A program made the translations under genes and the position numbers. A DNA stretch of 61,399 nt, counting the filler. It is 5 parts of 5 records of this genome, joined end to end, with 100 filler letters (N's around TTAATTAATTAA, not from the genome) between each part and the next. Parts side by side here need not be neighbours in the genome. Positions count along the whole stretch, not along the records: positions 1 to 27,145 come from SRR2962707_1665; 4 more parts are not named here. One strand, written 5' to 3'. Shown one piece after another: positions 1 to 10,745 of the stretch. The number at the start of each line of letters is the position of its first letter. The first letter of the stretch is position 1. The notes beneath the pieces were generated by a model. That model was not told the origin of the DNA and did no database searches. It saw only the letters and a program-made list of their open reading frames with translations.

Positions 1-1
1 C

Positions 2-32
2 AACCCCGGCGTCTTCGGACGTCGGGGTTTCT
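2..32 (+). terminator. Hairpin with cTTCGg loop, probable intrinsic terminator
   Basis: AACCCCGGCGTC-TTCG-GACGTCGGGGTT followed by T-rich bases; lies just past the integrase stop, strand uncertain. Confidence 0.55.
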
Positions 33-35
33 TCC

Positions 36-59
36 ACCGACAGGGTTACCGACAGGGTT
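36..59. repeat. Tandem 12-bp direct repeat, possible integrase arm-type sites
   Basis: ACCGACAGGGTT twice (36-47, 48-59), 20 bp from the integrase stop. Confidence 0.55.
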
Positions 60-78
60 CATTCGGCTGGCTGGTCCG

Positions 79-1257
79 TCAGCCGGCTTCGGCCGCTTTC
101 CTCCGTTTGCCCATCGCGGCCGCAGCCCCCTTGAGGTGGTCCGGATGGTGATGACCATAGACTTCCAGCAGCACCTTGGCGCTCATACCAAAATAGCCGG
201 CTGCCTCCCAGAGCGGGACACCATTCTGCATGGCCCAGGTCACACCAGTGTGGCGCAAAGCGTGCGGAATGACCTCAGCATCCAGACCACAGTCTTCAAC
301 CAGCACGCGAAATGCCTTGCTGATGTTACCGACCTTCTTGCCGTTGAACTCGACTGCAAATGTCTGGCCCGCGCGGTGCCAGCGCCTCAGATGAGCAAGC
401 AAACTTGGCGGTAGAGGGATCGTGGTCTGCCGCTTCTTGGTCGCAACCTTCGAGCTCGGCTTTCTTGCCCAGAGCCCCTTCTCCAAGTCGATGAAGCCGT
501 GATCGGGATGTCTCACGAATGAGGCGTTGAGCACGTCCTGCTTGCGGGATCCGGTGTAGACAGCCAGCAAGATAAACCGGGCAATATGGCGACGCCTGTG
601 CCAACCATCCCCCTTCCCTGACCGGCCGCTAACACCGCGACCGCCACGCCACGCCGCCCACACCAACTTGGCCACTTCCGAGCGCGTGAGCCAGCGCTCG
701 CGCGACAAAGACTTGTGCGGCACAGAAACCTTGATGTTGGCGGCCAGGATACGCTGGCCATGCGCATGGTTGAGGGCGGCGCGCAGAATTTCGAGATCGC
801 GAGCAGCGCTCCGGTTGGCACCGAAATATTCAAAATACGCCCTGCAGTTTGCGTCATTGACGTCGCTTGCAAACCCCGTCAACAACGGTGTGGGCCCCAA
901 GGCTTTACGCCGAGTATTGCCCGGATCACCCCACCAAGACGCAAGCCTAAGGATCTTTGCTCCTGTCTCATCTGGCCGACTGTGGTTCGGTGCCACGTCC
1001 CGAGCATACATGCTGAGGACGTCCGCGATCAGCACGTGGGTAGAGAGGCCGACATTGCGGCGAGGATCGTGCTTGAGAGCAATATATTCCGCTAGGGCCT
1101 TTTCAGCCCTGCCACGGTCGCCTTCAGAGAATCCAGTGCTACGTTTGATTTTGCCGTCGCGGATGGCCCAACGTGCGGCCTCGATGCTTCCATTTCCATT
1201 CTTGCGCTCTGGCTGGAGCCAAAGCCGCGGTCCCTTTCCGGTGGGGCCAACTGACAT
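79..1257 (-). CDS. Phage-type tyrosine integrase
   Basis: YTGSRK, HALRHT and YGHH catalytic motifs; 392 aa, intact. Confidence 0.93.
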   Translation of the reverse strand: MSVGPTGKGPRLWLQPERKNGNGSIEAARWAIRDGKIKRSTGFSEGDRGRAEKALAEYIALKHDPRRNVGLSTHVLIADVLSMYARDVAPNHSRPDETGAKILRLASWWGDPGNTRRKALGPTPLLTGFASDVNDANCRAYFEYFGANRSAARDLEILRAALNHAHGQRILAANIKVSVPHKSLSRERWLTRSEVAKLVWAAWRGGRGVSGRSGKGDGWHRRRHIARFILLAVYTGSRKQDVLNASFVRHPDHGFIDLEKGLWARKPSSKVATKKRQTTIPLPPSLLAHLRRWHRAGQTFAVEFNGKKVGNISKAFRVLVEDCGLDAEVIPHALRHTGVTWAMQNGVPLWEAAGYFGMSAKVLLEVYGHHHPDHLKGAAAAMGKRRKAAEAG

Positions 1258-1490
1258 TTTACGAGCATGTCCTCGATACCTTTGCGTGTGACGAAAAACT
1301 TGCCGCCGACTTTGGCCATAGCCAGGTTCCCCCGCTGGTGCTCTCTCTTCAGGGATGAAGGACTGATCGCGCCGCCAAAAATGTCTTCACATGCCTTCTT
1401 CAAGGTGATGGGAAAGTCATCATTGGCAAGGCGCAAAGTATCGAGCACGGCTAGGTCCACACGCTGACCGGATACAGCTCCGGTCTTCAT
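1092..1490 (-). CDS. Putative excisionase / winged-HTH protein
   Basis: Small basic ORF (ITLKKACEDIFGG..SLKRE..RGNL..KVGGKFFVT) directly upstream of and overlapping the integrase. Confidence 0.6.
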   Translation of the reverse strand: MKTGAVSGQRVDLAVLDTLRLANDDFPITLKKACEDIFGGAISPSSLKREHQRGNLAMAKVGGKFFVTRKGIEDMLVKCQLAPPERDRGFGSSQSARMEMEASRPHVGPSATAKSNVALDSLKATVAGLKRP

Positions 1491-1706
1491 GTTTCACTTT
1501 ATAGCGTTCGGGTCGATGGATTACTGCGGGTCGGCCCTGGCACCCTACCTGCAGGGAATCCCTCTCTGCGCGGCGGCCGCCTGCAGTCGCATTCTGGCCT
1601 GGTCTACTGCGGGGGTCCCCTCGCCTGCCCTCCCTGCTTCGAATTCCTGAAAGTCTCTCGTGGGCTGAAAGGGACGGCAATCCAGCAAGCACACGACGCA
1701 CGGCGC

Positions 1707-2310
1707 TTGACTGCCGACGAGGTCATTTCGTGGCGTGATGCGAAGCTCGAAACCCTGAGCCCCAAGACAGTGAAGGATGTCTGGCTTGCTTCTCTGAAGC
1801 CGGTGCTTTCTGACGCAGTCTCTGACCGGCTGCTGTCGACCAATGTAGCAAAAGGGATAAAGGTGCGGGTGTATGCCGCACCCGTTCTGCGCGAGAGAGG
1901 CTTTACCTACACAGAAGCTCTCGCAATTCTCAAGCGGTGTTTGGAGTACGAGCCTGCCCAGCGCAAGAATCTTGCAACCCGAGAGTCAGAACACGTGACC
2001 GCGGCGAAACGCTGGCGGCCTTGGCTCTTGGCCTTCACCGGTGCGCGCGTCACCGAAATCCTGCAGACACGAAAATCAGACGTTCGGGTCATTGATGGCA
2101 TTACTTACCTTCGCATCACGCCGGAGGCGGGGAGTGTGAAGGCTAAGAAGTATCGAGATGTGCCGCTGCACAAGCAGCTGATCGAAATCGGCTTTCTAAA
2201 ATTTGTCGAGCAATCACCTAGTGGGCCGCTGTTTCACCCGTCCGCTATCGATCCCAAGAAATTACCCGCCCAGAACGCATCCACTAGCCTAGGCAAATGG
2301 CTCCAGGCAT
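1707..2310 (+). pseudogene. Tyrosine recombinase internal fragment
   Basis: FTGARVTEI and GSVK..RDVPLH motifs present, but HxxR and Tyr region missing; abuts an IS110 remnant; ends approximate. Confidence 0.75.
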
Positions 2311-2329
2311 CGGCCAGATTAACAACGGC

Positions 2330-2800
2330 CGTTTCGAAATTCAGCCCCCCAAGTGACGCGTGGCACCTGATATTCCTGCCCTTGACCAACAAAGCCCAGA
2401 TGGTTTGAGCGATCTTATTGGCCAGTGCCACGGCAAAGACTTTGAAAGGCCGGCGGGCCATCAGAGCAGCAATCCACTGAGGCAGCGGGAAGCCGCGCTT
2501 TCCCAGCTTGAGGATCGATGTCGCTCCGACAATCAACAGGGTCCTTAGCTACTTGTTCCCCCGTCTGGAGATCGCGCCGAGCCGCTCTTTGCCGCCGTTC
2601 GAACGAGAGCATGGTGTGAGTCCGATCCAGGCGGCAAAGTCACGTCCAGCTCGAAATCCGGCAGCATCCTGCACGACAGCCTGTGCGGTTGCGGCAATGA
2701 TCAGACCAACTCCTGGAATGCTGGTCAGGCGTCGAGCCTCTTCGTCGCCATTGACGCTGGCGATAATGGTCCGGTCGAGCCTGTCCTCAACAGCCTCTCA
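2330..2800 (-). mobile_element. IS110-family transposase remnant (C-terminal half)
   Basis: LTSIPGVG..FAAWIGLTP..SNGGKERLGAISRRGNK*LRTLL..AVALANKIA; in-frame TAG at 2549-2551; ends approximate. Confidence 0.85.
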
Positions 2801-3220
2801 ACGGCACCTCGATAGTCTCTCGACACCCGCTAGGTGGCAGGGATGTTTTGGCGAAGGTTGGTTCCCCGCAATGGGAAGTCGCGCCTGCTCTTGTGGAGCT
2901 TACTCATGGTGGTCTCCTGGTGATGTTGCGGGGGAATTGCGCGGCGCCCCTGTGGCGGCTTGCCAGTGTTTTGCCGAGTCCTTGGGCTTGAACGGCCGGT
3001 AGACCGGGCGGAGCAGGAACGCCCCTAGCGGCCGGCGCTGTTGTCTCGGTCGGCGGTCCCCGAATCGGCAAGCAGCGCGCCTCAGCCGCGCCCCGGCTGG
3101 GGCGTTCGTTGACTGCGATTCCCTGCTGTGCTTGATCAGGTCGGACAGGCAATTTTACAGCGTTGCTATGGGCGCCGGGCTTGGCAACCGGTTGTAAGCG
3201 TAATCATCAAGGCAGCTAAA

Positions 3221-4315
3221 GTGACCATTTCTCAGAACATGCACTTGCCGACCCTAGATGGCTTGCGGTTTTTTGCCTTTTTGGCTGTTTTCATACACCA
3301 CCTGCCGAAACTGGCTCACGCGCCGGTCTTGAACATTCTGCATTCCTACGGATGGGTAGGGGTCGAAATATTCTTCACGATTTCCGCTTACCTCTTTTTT
3401 CATTTGCTGGATGCGGAGCATAAGAAAACCGGCGGTATTAACATCGCCAGGTTCTATGCGCGGCGCGCACTGAGAATACTTCCGCTGATGTGGATTTTCG
3501 CTATCAGCTCGTATGTTTTTTTTGGGGCGAAGGACCCTTCAGGGCCTCTGAGATTGTCAGCAATCCTGCTCGGGGTCGACAATCTCGCAGTTTGGCTTCG
3601 CGGCTATAACTGGACTATGCAATCTGTGGCGCATCTTTGGACCTTGTCTTTTGAGCTTCAGGTCTACCTGGTGGTGCCATTTGCCTTCCTAGCCTACCGG
3701 AAAATGGGTCGTGACAAGTTTGCCCTCTTGCTTCTAGGGTTCGCGGCTTACGCCACAGCTGCTCGAACTATAGCGGTTCTGTTGGGGGCTGACCCTATAG
3801 CTATCTGGGTGACACCGTTTCTGCGACCCGAGGCCATACTCTTGGGGGTGGCCGCATCAATTAGGTCACCCTCGTGGTCACCTGTTGTTTCTGCCTTCAT
3901 CGCTTTGATAGCGGGCTTAGCATTGGTTCTAATGCCGGATATCGGGACGCCTAAAGGCTCCATCTTGTCCTACCCCGCGTCAGCTGTTTTCTCAGCGGCG
4001 ATACTGGACGTGGCTCTTCGAGCTAAATGGCTGCGGCGGGCAATGCTTTGGCAGCCGTTTCAGCAGCTAGGCAGGATCTCGTATGGGCTCTACGTTTTCC
4101 ATCTGATGAGCATTTGGCAAGTGTCAGAGTGGTTTTCGGATGCCGGAATAGTCACCGACGGCTATCGGACATACGCCATGCTTTTTCTTGGCGCCCTCGG
4201 CTACACAATCGCGCTCGCTGTCGTCAGCTTTTACTTTATCGAACGGCCGTTCCTCAGGCTCAAAGCTGCTCTGTCTCCACTTTCAAAACATCAGGAGCAG
4301 TCGGCCACGAAATAA
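3221..4315 (+). CDS. OafA/YrhL-type membrane O-acyltransferase (acyltransferase 3)
   Basis: LDGLRFFA, GVEIFFTIS, FYARRALRILP, HLWTLSFE, SYGLYVFH, IERP motifs; start uncertain. Confidence 0.9.
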   Translation: MTISQNMHLPTLDGLRFFAFLAVFIHHLPKLAHAPVLNILHSYGWVGVEIFFTISAYLFFHLLDAEHKKTGGINIARFYARRALRILPLMWIFAISSYVFFGAKDPSGPLRLSAILLGVDNLAVWLRGYNWTMQSVAHLWTLSFELQVYLVVPFAFLAYRKMGRDKFALLLLGFAAYATAARTIAVLLGADPIAIWVTPFLRPEAILLGVAASIRSPSWSPVVSAFIALIAGLALVLMPDIGTPKGSILSYPASAVFSAAILDVALRAKWLRRAMLWQPFQQLGRISYGLYVFHLMSIWQVSEWFSDAGIVTDGYRTYAMLFLGALGYTIALAVVSFYFIERPFLRLKAALSPLSKHQEQSATK

Positions 4316-4359
4316 CCGTCGGGTCGTCCACGAGATTGGGCAGATCGCGGAGAGCCTAC

Positions 4360-5478
4360 CTATAGATTCGCCATGGTGACGGGTCGCCGGGCCAGCAAGC
4401 CATTCTCCCTCTGGCGGATGGCCACCTGGGCAGCGAGCCACAGCGTGCGGCGCAGCCGGGCATTGCCATATTTGGAAAGCATGGTGCGGCCGCGGAAGGC
4501 GCCTGACTGGTGCGTTGAGAGATCCAGACCACAGAACTTGAGGAACTGGCGGTGATGGCCGAAGCGGCGGATGTCGCCAGCCTCGGCGATGATGGACAAT
4601 GCGTTGATCGGGCCAATCCCGGGGATTTTGCGCAGGTGCTGATAATCTGCGCTCTGCGCCAGCATGGCGTCTGCCATCTTCTCGATCATATCGCGTTGTC
4701 GGATCAGGCTGCGTGCTTCGGCCAGCACCATGCGGAACATGGTGATCGCTGGCGAATCTAGCGGGATGGGCAGCGCGATGGAGACTCTAGCCGTCTGGTA
4801 GATATCGGCCAACAGCGCGGGCTTGGATACCTTGCGGCCCACCACTTTCCAGGCAGCCTCGATAAACGCCGCCTGGTCCATCGCGGGAATGCTGGCTGGG
4901 GTGGGAAACAGCTCTAGGAAACCAAAGAACCAGTCACTGCGGCTGTTTTGGCGGAAGCGCTCGATCTCAGGAAAATAGAGTGGGAGGTAGTGAGTCTGGA
5001 TCCGGTGCAAAATCTCAGTCTTGGAACGCGAGATCGCTTCATGGGTCTTGGATAGTTCCTGCACGTCATTGATCCCGGCAGCCAGCGGGTCGTGATAGTG
5101 CTGGGTGGCGCCGATCCGCAGCATATGCAGGATTACCTGAGCATCCTTGGGATCGTTCTTGTCCCAGCTGTTGTGCAAGGCCTCCCGCGTGCGCGCGGCC
5201 GCCATTGATGAGACCAATCGTACATCGAACCCCGCCTGGATCAGCCGCCAGGCGATGGGCCGATGATAGTTTCCAGTAGCCTCAAAACCACAGACAACCG
5301 TTTTGCCGGTCTCGGCCAGCAAGCCAATCAGACGATCATGGTCATCGCGAGTGTTGTGGATCGAGAGTTTGCGCCGGCGTACCCGGTCAGGAAACTCAAT
5401 GAGGACTTCGTTGCGTGCCTTGGCGATATCGATCGCTACCAGCACGGCGCCCAATGGCGTAATCTGCTTGGTGGTCAT
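4360..5478 (-). CDS. IS110-family recombinase/transposase, C-terminus probably truncated
   Basis: IDIAK, EATG, KNDPKDA (DEDD domain); IPGIGP; HQSG with catalytic Ser; abrupt atypical end after RQRENG. Confidence 0.85.
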   Translation of the reverse strand: MTTKQITPLGAVLVAIDIAKARNEVLIEFPDRVRRRKLSIHNTRDDHDRLIGLLAETGKTVVCGFEATGNYHRPIAWRLIQAGFDVRLVSSMAAARTREALHNSWDKNDPKDAQVILHMLRIGATQHYHDPLAAGINDVQELSKTHEAISRSKTEILHRIQTHYLPLYFPEIERFRQNSRSDWFFGFLELFPTPASIPAMDQAAFIEAAWKVVGRKVSKPALLADIYQTARVSIALPIPLDSPAITMFRMVLAEARSLIRQRDMIEKMADAMLAQSADYQHLRKIPGIGPINALSIIAEAGDIRRFGHHRQFLKFCGLDLSTHQSGAFRGRTMLSKYGNARLRRTLWLAAQVAIRQRENGLLARRPVTMANL

Positions 5479-5611
5479 GGTCGGTCAGTCTACAAAACGA
5501 GGCGTTGAACACCTCCAGTTTAGAGACCTGCTGGCCGACCATGGCCTCGCAACGCGGCGCGTCTGCGAAACCCTGGCCAGCTTCGCCGCGCCGCTTCCCG
5601 ATGTGCTATGG
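5479..5611 (-). mobile_element. IS110 non-coding left end with two stem-loops
   Basis: Minus strand GCGGCGCG/CGCGCCGC and CATGGTCGGCCAG/CTGACCGACCATG stems between the IS3 junction and the start codon. Confidence 0.6.
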
Positions 5612-6008
5612 GACTGAGTTCACGTCCAATGCCATCCTGGGCTTCGCTGACCGGATGGGGATCGACTGGCACTACATTGCTCCGGGCAAGTCGATCCAGA
5701 ATGCCTTCATCGAGAGCTTCAACGGCCGACTGCGGGACGAACTGCTCAATGAGACGCTGTTCCCATCGCTTGCTCACGTCCGGGCAACCGTGGCGTCCTG
5801 GCGCGCCGATTACAATCTGCACCGACCTCACTCGCGCTTGGGTTGGATGACGCCTGCCGAATACGCCGACACCTTCAACCCGCAACGGGATCTGCCGCTC
5901 TGCTCAATGACCAGCTCCGCGCCAGCCCCCGTCGCTCACCCCGGCCAGATCGGCCAAACCAACCGCCCGAGTCTACTTCGCGCTGGATAGAAGTCGGGGG
6001 CAACGTCA
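5609..6008 (+). mobile_element. IS3-family (IS407-group-like) remnant: 3' integrase core and right IR
   Basis: [36 protein letters not shown]; ends in GGGGCAACGTCA at 6008. Confidence 0.88.
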
Positions 6009-6376
6009 CTCCACGTCCCAGCACTAGCGGGTCGTGGTCCATTTGAGCGGCATTTGAGAAGGGAAGCGGTGGCCGCACTGCGTGCGACACCCTTTAGGAA
6101 CAGCGTGATCAACGATTTTCTCCGGACGAGCTATTGGCACCAAATCCGCGACGACCAATCGCCGACTATGTCACGAAATCACGGGCGTCACTCGAGCGGA
6201 CGGTTGGGATGCCGACCAGTCTCCACTTTCACGAATAGTGCGTTCTGGTTGGCCGTTGCCCCATGTGCGAAAAACAGAAAAAGGCCCGGTGATGGCTGTC
6301 GCGCAAGTGGCCAGCATGCGCCCCAACAAGCATCGCGGGAGAAGAGCGTTGAACTGCACCTTCGCTCTCGCTTGGC

Positions 6377-7222
6377 TCAGGCTTCCATACTCTTGGGCTT
6401 CATCCCAAAGGCGCGACGAATGCGATTTATCTTTTGCATCGAGTCGGGGTCTTGGGACGCGTTGACTAGCCCCGCGCGGATAAAGACCACCATAAGAAGT
6501 AAAAAGCCAGTTCCTAGAACTGCGACTAGCGTCATGATGATGGGGGACCGGCCCAGCCTGCTCGGTTCTGTGGTTTCAATGACAAGTAATTGCATGGTGG
6601 AAGGCGGAGCTGCCGACAGTTCTTCGAGCTCATCCTGCTTTGCATCGCGAGTAAACATGAGCTCATTGAGCGTCGAGGCCAACTGGGCATAGGTTGTGGC
6701 GTCAAATTCTTCGGAGGCCCTGTTGTCCTCAAGCGCCTCGGTCAATCGTTGAATGATGGAGTTTCGTAAAATCACTTCCTGCTCGAGTTCCTGCCGTCTC
6801 GCTAGTGCGCTTTCCGCAGACGAGGGGAGCGCGTCGCGATCTACTGCAGCGACCAACTGCTGGAGTACGAAGGACATGCCAGCTTCCGCAGCCGCAGGCG
6901 TATCGAGAACCAATTCAAGCCGTGAATGATCGGTAGCTCCGCCCCCTGTTGTGGTAAGGCCACTTTCTATCTCGACAATAGACAGCCCGGGCGGAGGTGA
7001 GGTACCCTCAAGTGCCGCTGGCAACATACGGTCTAACTCGAACGATGAGAGGTCTACCGTTGCGAAGGTCCTCCATGATTGCGGCTCGAGATAAAGGAAA
7101 GTGAAAACCGCCGCGCCGACTAACAGCGGCCCTGCGATTATGAGCACCCAATTCTCTGCGATGGTGACCACCAGGTCGATAAGGCTAATTTCTTCGTTAT
7201 CGTGTTCGGGAGCACCCGTCAT
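6377..7222 (-). CDS. Wzz-like polysaccharide chain-length regulator
   Basis: EEISLIDL N-terminal motif, two TM segments flanking a coiled-coil region; divergent from rfbB. Confidence 0.75.
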   Translation of the reverse strand: MTGAPEHDNEEISLIDLVVTIAENWVLIIAGPLLVGAAVFTFLYLEPQSWRTFATVDLSSFELDRMLPAALEGTSPPPGLSIVEIESGLTTTGGGATDHSRLELVLDTPAAAEAGMSFVLQQLVAAVDRDALPSSAESALARRQELEQEVILRNSIIQRLTEALEDNRASEEFDATTYAQLASTLNELMFTRDAKQDELEELSAAPPSTMQLLVIETTEPSRLGRSPIIMTLVAVLGTGFLLLMVVFIRAGLVNASQDPDSMQKINRIRRAFGMKPKSMEA

Positions 7223-7805
7223 CGCACTGGCCTTGAATATTTTCAGTTTGCTTATTGCTGCGTCCAATTGGGGTACGAAGTATGCTGATAGACCGCAACT
7301 TCGCCAGAAGTCTACCTTACCGATTTTTTCCGAGCCGCGACAGCCCTGCGGCATTGGCGCTTCATGAGTTTGAACATGATTGCGCCGCTGCCTGACGCTG
7401 CCCATCTCTTCCAGCTCTCGAGCTTTGGCGCAGAGAGACAGGCACACCGGCGGATGTGTTTTCGGAGACACGTTCTTAAAAAGCTGTGGCCGTACCGATT
7501 CAGAAGACCCGAACTTGCCTTTCTGGCAACACCAACTCCCGCTATTTCGATTTGCGACCCAAAAGCTGCGGCTTCGCTAATTCGATGGTTCACGTGTTAA
7601 TCGCCTACCGCCGACCCACAGAATCTGCGAGAAAAGGCAGCGGCATGGCCGGGCAGAAAAGCCCTGATCAGAAGAGAGCTGGGCTCACCCAATTCCTCGC
7701 TTCGCTTACTGACAACGGCTAGACCTACTTGCAGCATTTGAGGTTTGCAGAAATTTCGTTAAGGCTGAAAAATTGTTGAATGTCGGTTTGCAGAGAGCTT
7801 CGGCG

Positions 7806-8882
7806 ATGAAAGTCTTGGTCACCGGAGGAGCCGGATTCATTGGGTCCGCGGTAGTGCGCGATCTTTTGGCGCGCGATGGGGTGTCGGTGGTCAATCTCGA
7901 TGCGCTCACCTACGCGGCCAATCCCGCTTCGCTCGCCGATTTGGCGCAAGCAGGGAACTATGCCTTCGAAAAAGCCGACATCTGCGACGCTGCAGCGCTG
8001 GCTTCCATTCTCTCGCGCCATCAACCCGACGCCATCATGCATCTAGCAGCCGAGAGCCATGTTGATCGCTCGATCGATGGTCCGGCCGCCTTTGTCGAAA
8101 CGAACTTGGTGGGCACCGCTGTACTGCTCGAAGCTGCGCGAGCCTATTGGCAGCAGCTCGATGTCGATCGCCGCGCGCGCTTCAGGTTTCTCCACATCTC
8201 CACCGACGAGGTATTCGGCGATCTCGGGCCTGCCGATCCGGCCTTTTGCGAAACCAGCAGCTATGACCCTAGCTCGCCCTATTCGGCCAGCAAGGCCGGC
8301 TCGGACCATCTGGTGCGCGCCTGGCACCGCACCTATGGCCTGCCTATCCTGATTACCAATTGCTCGAACAACTATGGCCCCCGCCATTTCCCCGAAAAGC
8401 TCGTGCCGCTGATGATCCTCAACGCCTTGGAGGGAAAGCCCTTGCCGGTCTATGGCGATGGCTCAAACGTGCGCGACTGGCTCTATGTCGAGGACCACGC
8501 CCGGGCGCTGCATGCCGTTCTGACCCGCGGCATGGTAGGAGAGTCCTACATGATTGGAGGCAACAACGAATTGTCCAATATAGATCTCGTGCGGACCCTT
8601 TGCGCCGAACTTGACATTCAGGCCCCCAATAGGCCGGCTGGAGTTTCGCGCTATGCGGATCTCATTACATTTGTCACCGACCGTCCCGGCCATGATCGGC
8701 GCTATGGCGTCAATGCCGAAAAGATCGCGCGCGAACTGGGCTGGACACCCCGCGAAACCGTCGCCAGCGGCCTTGAAAAAACCGTTGCATGGTATCTGGA
8801 CAATCGCGACTGGTGGCAGCGGGTTCTCGATGGCTCTTACCGCCTCGAACGTCTCGGATTGAGCGGAGGGGCAGGCGCGTGA
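7806..8882 (+). CDS. rfbB: dTDP-glucose 4,6-dehydratase
   Basis: [41 protein letters not shown]. Confidence 0.97.
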   Translation: MKVLVTGGAGFIGSAVVRDLLARDGVSVVNLDALTYAANPASLADLAQAGNYAFEKADICDAAALASILSRHQPDAIMHLAAESHVDRSIDGPAAFVETNLVGTAVLLEAARAYWQQLDVDRRARFRFLHISTDEVFGDLGPADPAFCETSSYDPSSPYSASKAGSDHLVRAWHRTYGLPILITNCSNNYGPRHFPEKLVPLMILNALEGKPLPVYGDGSNVRDWLYVEDHARALHAVLTRGMVGESYMIGGNNELSNIDLVRTLCAELDIQAPNRPAGVSRYADLITFVTDRPGHDRRYGVNAEKIARELGWTPRETVASGLEKTVAWYLDNRDWWQRVLDGSYRLERLGLSGGAGA

Positions 8883-9748
8883 AGGGCATCGTCCTTGCCG
8901 GCGGCTCAGGTACCCGGCTTTACCCCATAACCCAGGGCGTCTCCAAGCAACTCCTGCCGGTCTATGACAAGCCGATGGTTTACTACCCGCTATCGGTACT
9001 GATGCTGGCCGGCATAAAGGATATCCTGTTGATCACGACACCTGAGGATCAAGGGAACTTTTCGCGCCTGCTCGGCGATGGCTCCCAATATGGCATAACG
9101 CTCACCTATGCCGTCCAGGAGAACCCCGACGGACTCGCGCAGGCCTTCGTCATCGGCAAGGATTTCCTCGCCGGTGGCCCGGCAGCTTTGGCTCTCGGCG
9201 ATAATATTTTTTACGGACAGGGCTTCACTCCTCTCTTGCGCAAGGCTGCAGCAAGGACCCAGGGTGCCACCATCTTTGGCTACCGCGTCATGGACCCGCA
9301 GCGCTTCGGCGTCGTGGCGTTCGATGAAAGTGGCAAGGCCATTTCGATCGAGGAAAAGCCCGCCCATCCCAAATCCAATCACGCGGTGACCGGGCTTTAT
9401 TTCTATGGTGGCGAGGTTTGCGAAATCGCCAAAACCATAAAGCCTTCAGAGCGCGGCGAGCTTGAAATCACGGCGATCAACCAAGTCTATCTCGACCGAT
9501 CGAGCCTGCATGTCGAACTTCTGGGGCGCGGCTTTGCCTGGCTCGATACGGGAACCCACGAAAGCCTGCTCGAAGCTGCCCATTTCGTGGCCACCGTCGA
9601 GCGCCGCCAAGGCCTCAAGATCGCCTGTCTTGAAGAAATCGCGCTCTATAATGGCTGGCTGAGCGCGCAGGACGTGCGCCGAACCGGCGAGCGGCTGGCA
9701 AAGACCGGTTATGGCCAGTATCTCATCTCGATTGCGGAAGGTAACTGA
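8879..9748 (+). CDS. rfbA: Glucose-1-phosphate thymidylyltransferase
   Basis: [36 protein letters not shown] start overlaps rfbB stop. Confidence 0.97.
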   Translation: MKGIVLAGGSGTRLYPITQGVSKQLLPVYDKPMVYYPLSVLMLAGIKDILLITTPEDQGNFSRLLGDGSQYGITLTYAVQENPDGLAQAFVIGKDFLAGGPAALALGDNIFYGQGFTPLLRKAAARTQGATIFGYRVMDPQRFGVVAFDESGKAISIEEKPAHPKSNHAVTGLYFYGGEVCEIAKTIKPSERGELEITAINQVYLDRSSLHVELLGRGFAWLDTGTHESLLEAAHFVATVERRQGLKIACLEEIALYNGWLSAQDVRRTGERLAKTGYGQYLISIAEGN

Positions 9749-10143
9749 TGCACCCCGACTGGATCGATCTGTCCTCGTTCTCCGATCCGCGCGGACAACT
9801 GGTCGCCGCCGAAGCCGGATCGCACATCCCGTTCGCCATTGCGCGGGTGTTTTACATCCTTGATGTCGACACCAGCAAACCCCGCGGCTTTCACGCACAT
9901 CGCGAGGGCGAACTGGTTGCGGTATGCGTGCGCGGGCATTGCGATTTTGTTCTCGATGACGGCCATGACAAACTCAGCGTTCGGCTGGAAGGCCCGGCGC
10001 GCGGCCTGCTTGTGCGCCCGATGATCTGGCATGAAATGCATGACTTTTCACCGGACTGCATATTGCTTGTGTTTGCCAGCAACACCTATGACGAAGCCGA
10101 CTATATTCGCGACTACGCCCATTTCACCAAAGAAACCCATTAA
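9748..10143 (+). CDS. fdtA: dTDP-4-keto-6-deoxyglucose 3,4-ketoisomerase (FdtA/QdtA cupin)
   Basis: DPRGQL, IPFAIARVFYI, RGFHAH, WHEM, YDEADYIRDY. Confidence 0.9.
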   Translation: MHPDWIDLSSFSDPRGQLVAAEAGSHIPFAIARVFYILDVDTSKPRGFHAHREGELVAVCVRGHCDFVLDDGHDKLSVRLEGPARGLLVRPMIWHEMHDFSPDCILLVFASNTYDEADYIRDYAHFTKETH

Positions 10144-10745
10144 TGGCCATCCACCCCACGGCCATCGTTTTGCACGATGCCAGGATCGCGCCAGGCGCCA
10201 ATGTCGGCCCCTATGCGGTGATCAGAGCCGCCGAAATCGGCGAAGTGTTTGAAATCCAGCCCCCTGTGGTGATCGCCGATGACTGCTCGTTAGGTCCCCA
10301 TTCGACGATCTATTATGATATCGCCATCGGCAATGCGACCTTGATCGGGGGCGGCGCATCCATCCGCGATCGATGCACTATCGGCGCCAACTGCATCGTG
10401 AACCGTTGCGTCACCCTCAACTATGATGCGAAAAACGGCAGTCGCTTAAAGATCATGGATCTAACTCGCAATATGGTAATCAGCGAGGATGTATTCGTCC
10501 CGGTGCTAGTCGGCTCGGCAAACGACAATCTGGTGCGCACGGGATATGGCGATCGCGCTATGGTCGATACCATCGACGATCGCGTGGTCATCGGTGTCGA
10601 CGCCACGGCCCTGCCCAGCATCGCCGTCGGCGCCGACGCCGACGCAACGATTTCCGCCGGCGCCACGGTTACCAAAAGAGTGACCGGCGCAACACTTGTC
10701 GCCGGAACGCCAGCCCGATTCGTCCAATCGCTTGAGCCCAAATGA
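10143..10745 (+). CDS. Hexapeptide-repeat sugar N-acyltransferase, possibly degenerate
   Basis: IHPTAIV, irregular hexapeptide repeats, AGATVTK..VAGTPAR; sits between fdtA and fdtB. Confidence 0.7.
   Translation: MAIHPTAIVLHDARIAPGANVGPYAVIRAAEIGEVFEIQPPVVIADDCSLGPHSTIYYDIAIGNATLIGGGASIRDRCTIGANCIVNRCVTLNYDAKNGSRLKIMDLTRNMVISEDVFVPVLVGSANDNLVRTGYGDRAMVDTIDDRVVIGVDATALPSIAVGADADATISAGATVTKRVTGATLVAGTPARFVQSLEPK

Noticed and set aside
7806-9748. Complete dTDP-L-rhamnose pathway
   Set aside because: rfbC and rfbD are absent here; rfbBA feed the fdtA/fdtB branch instead.
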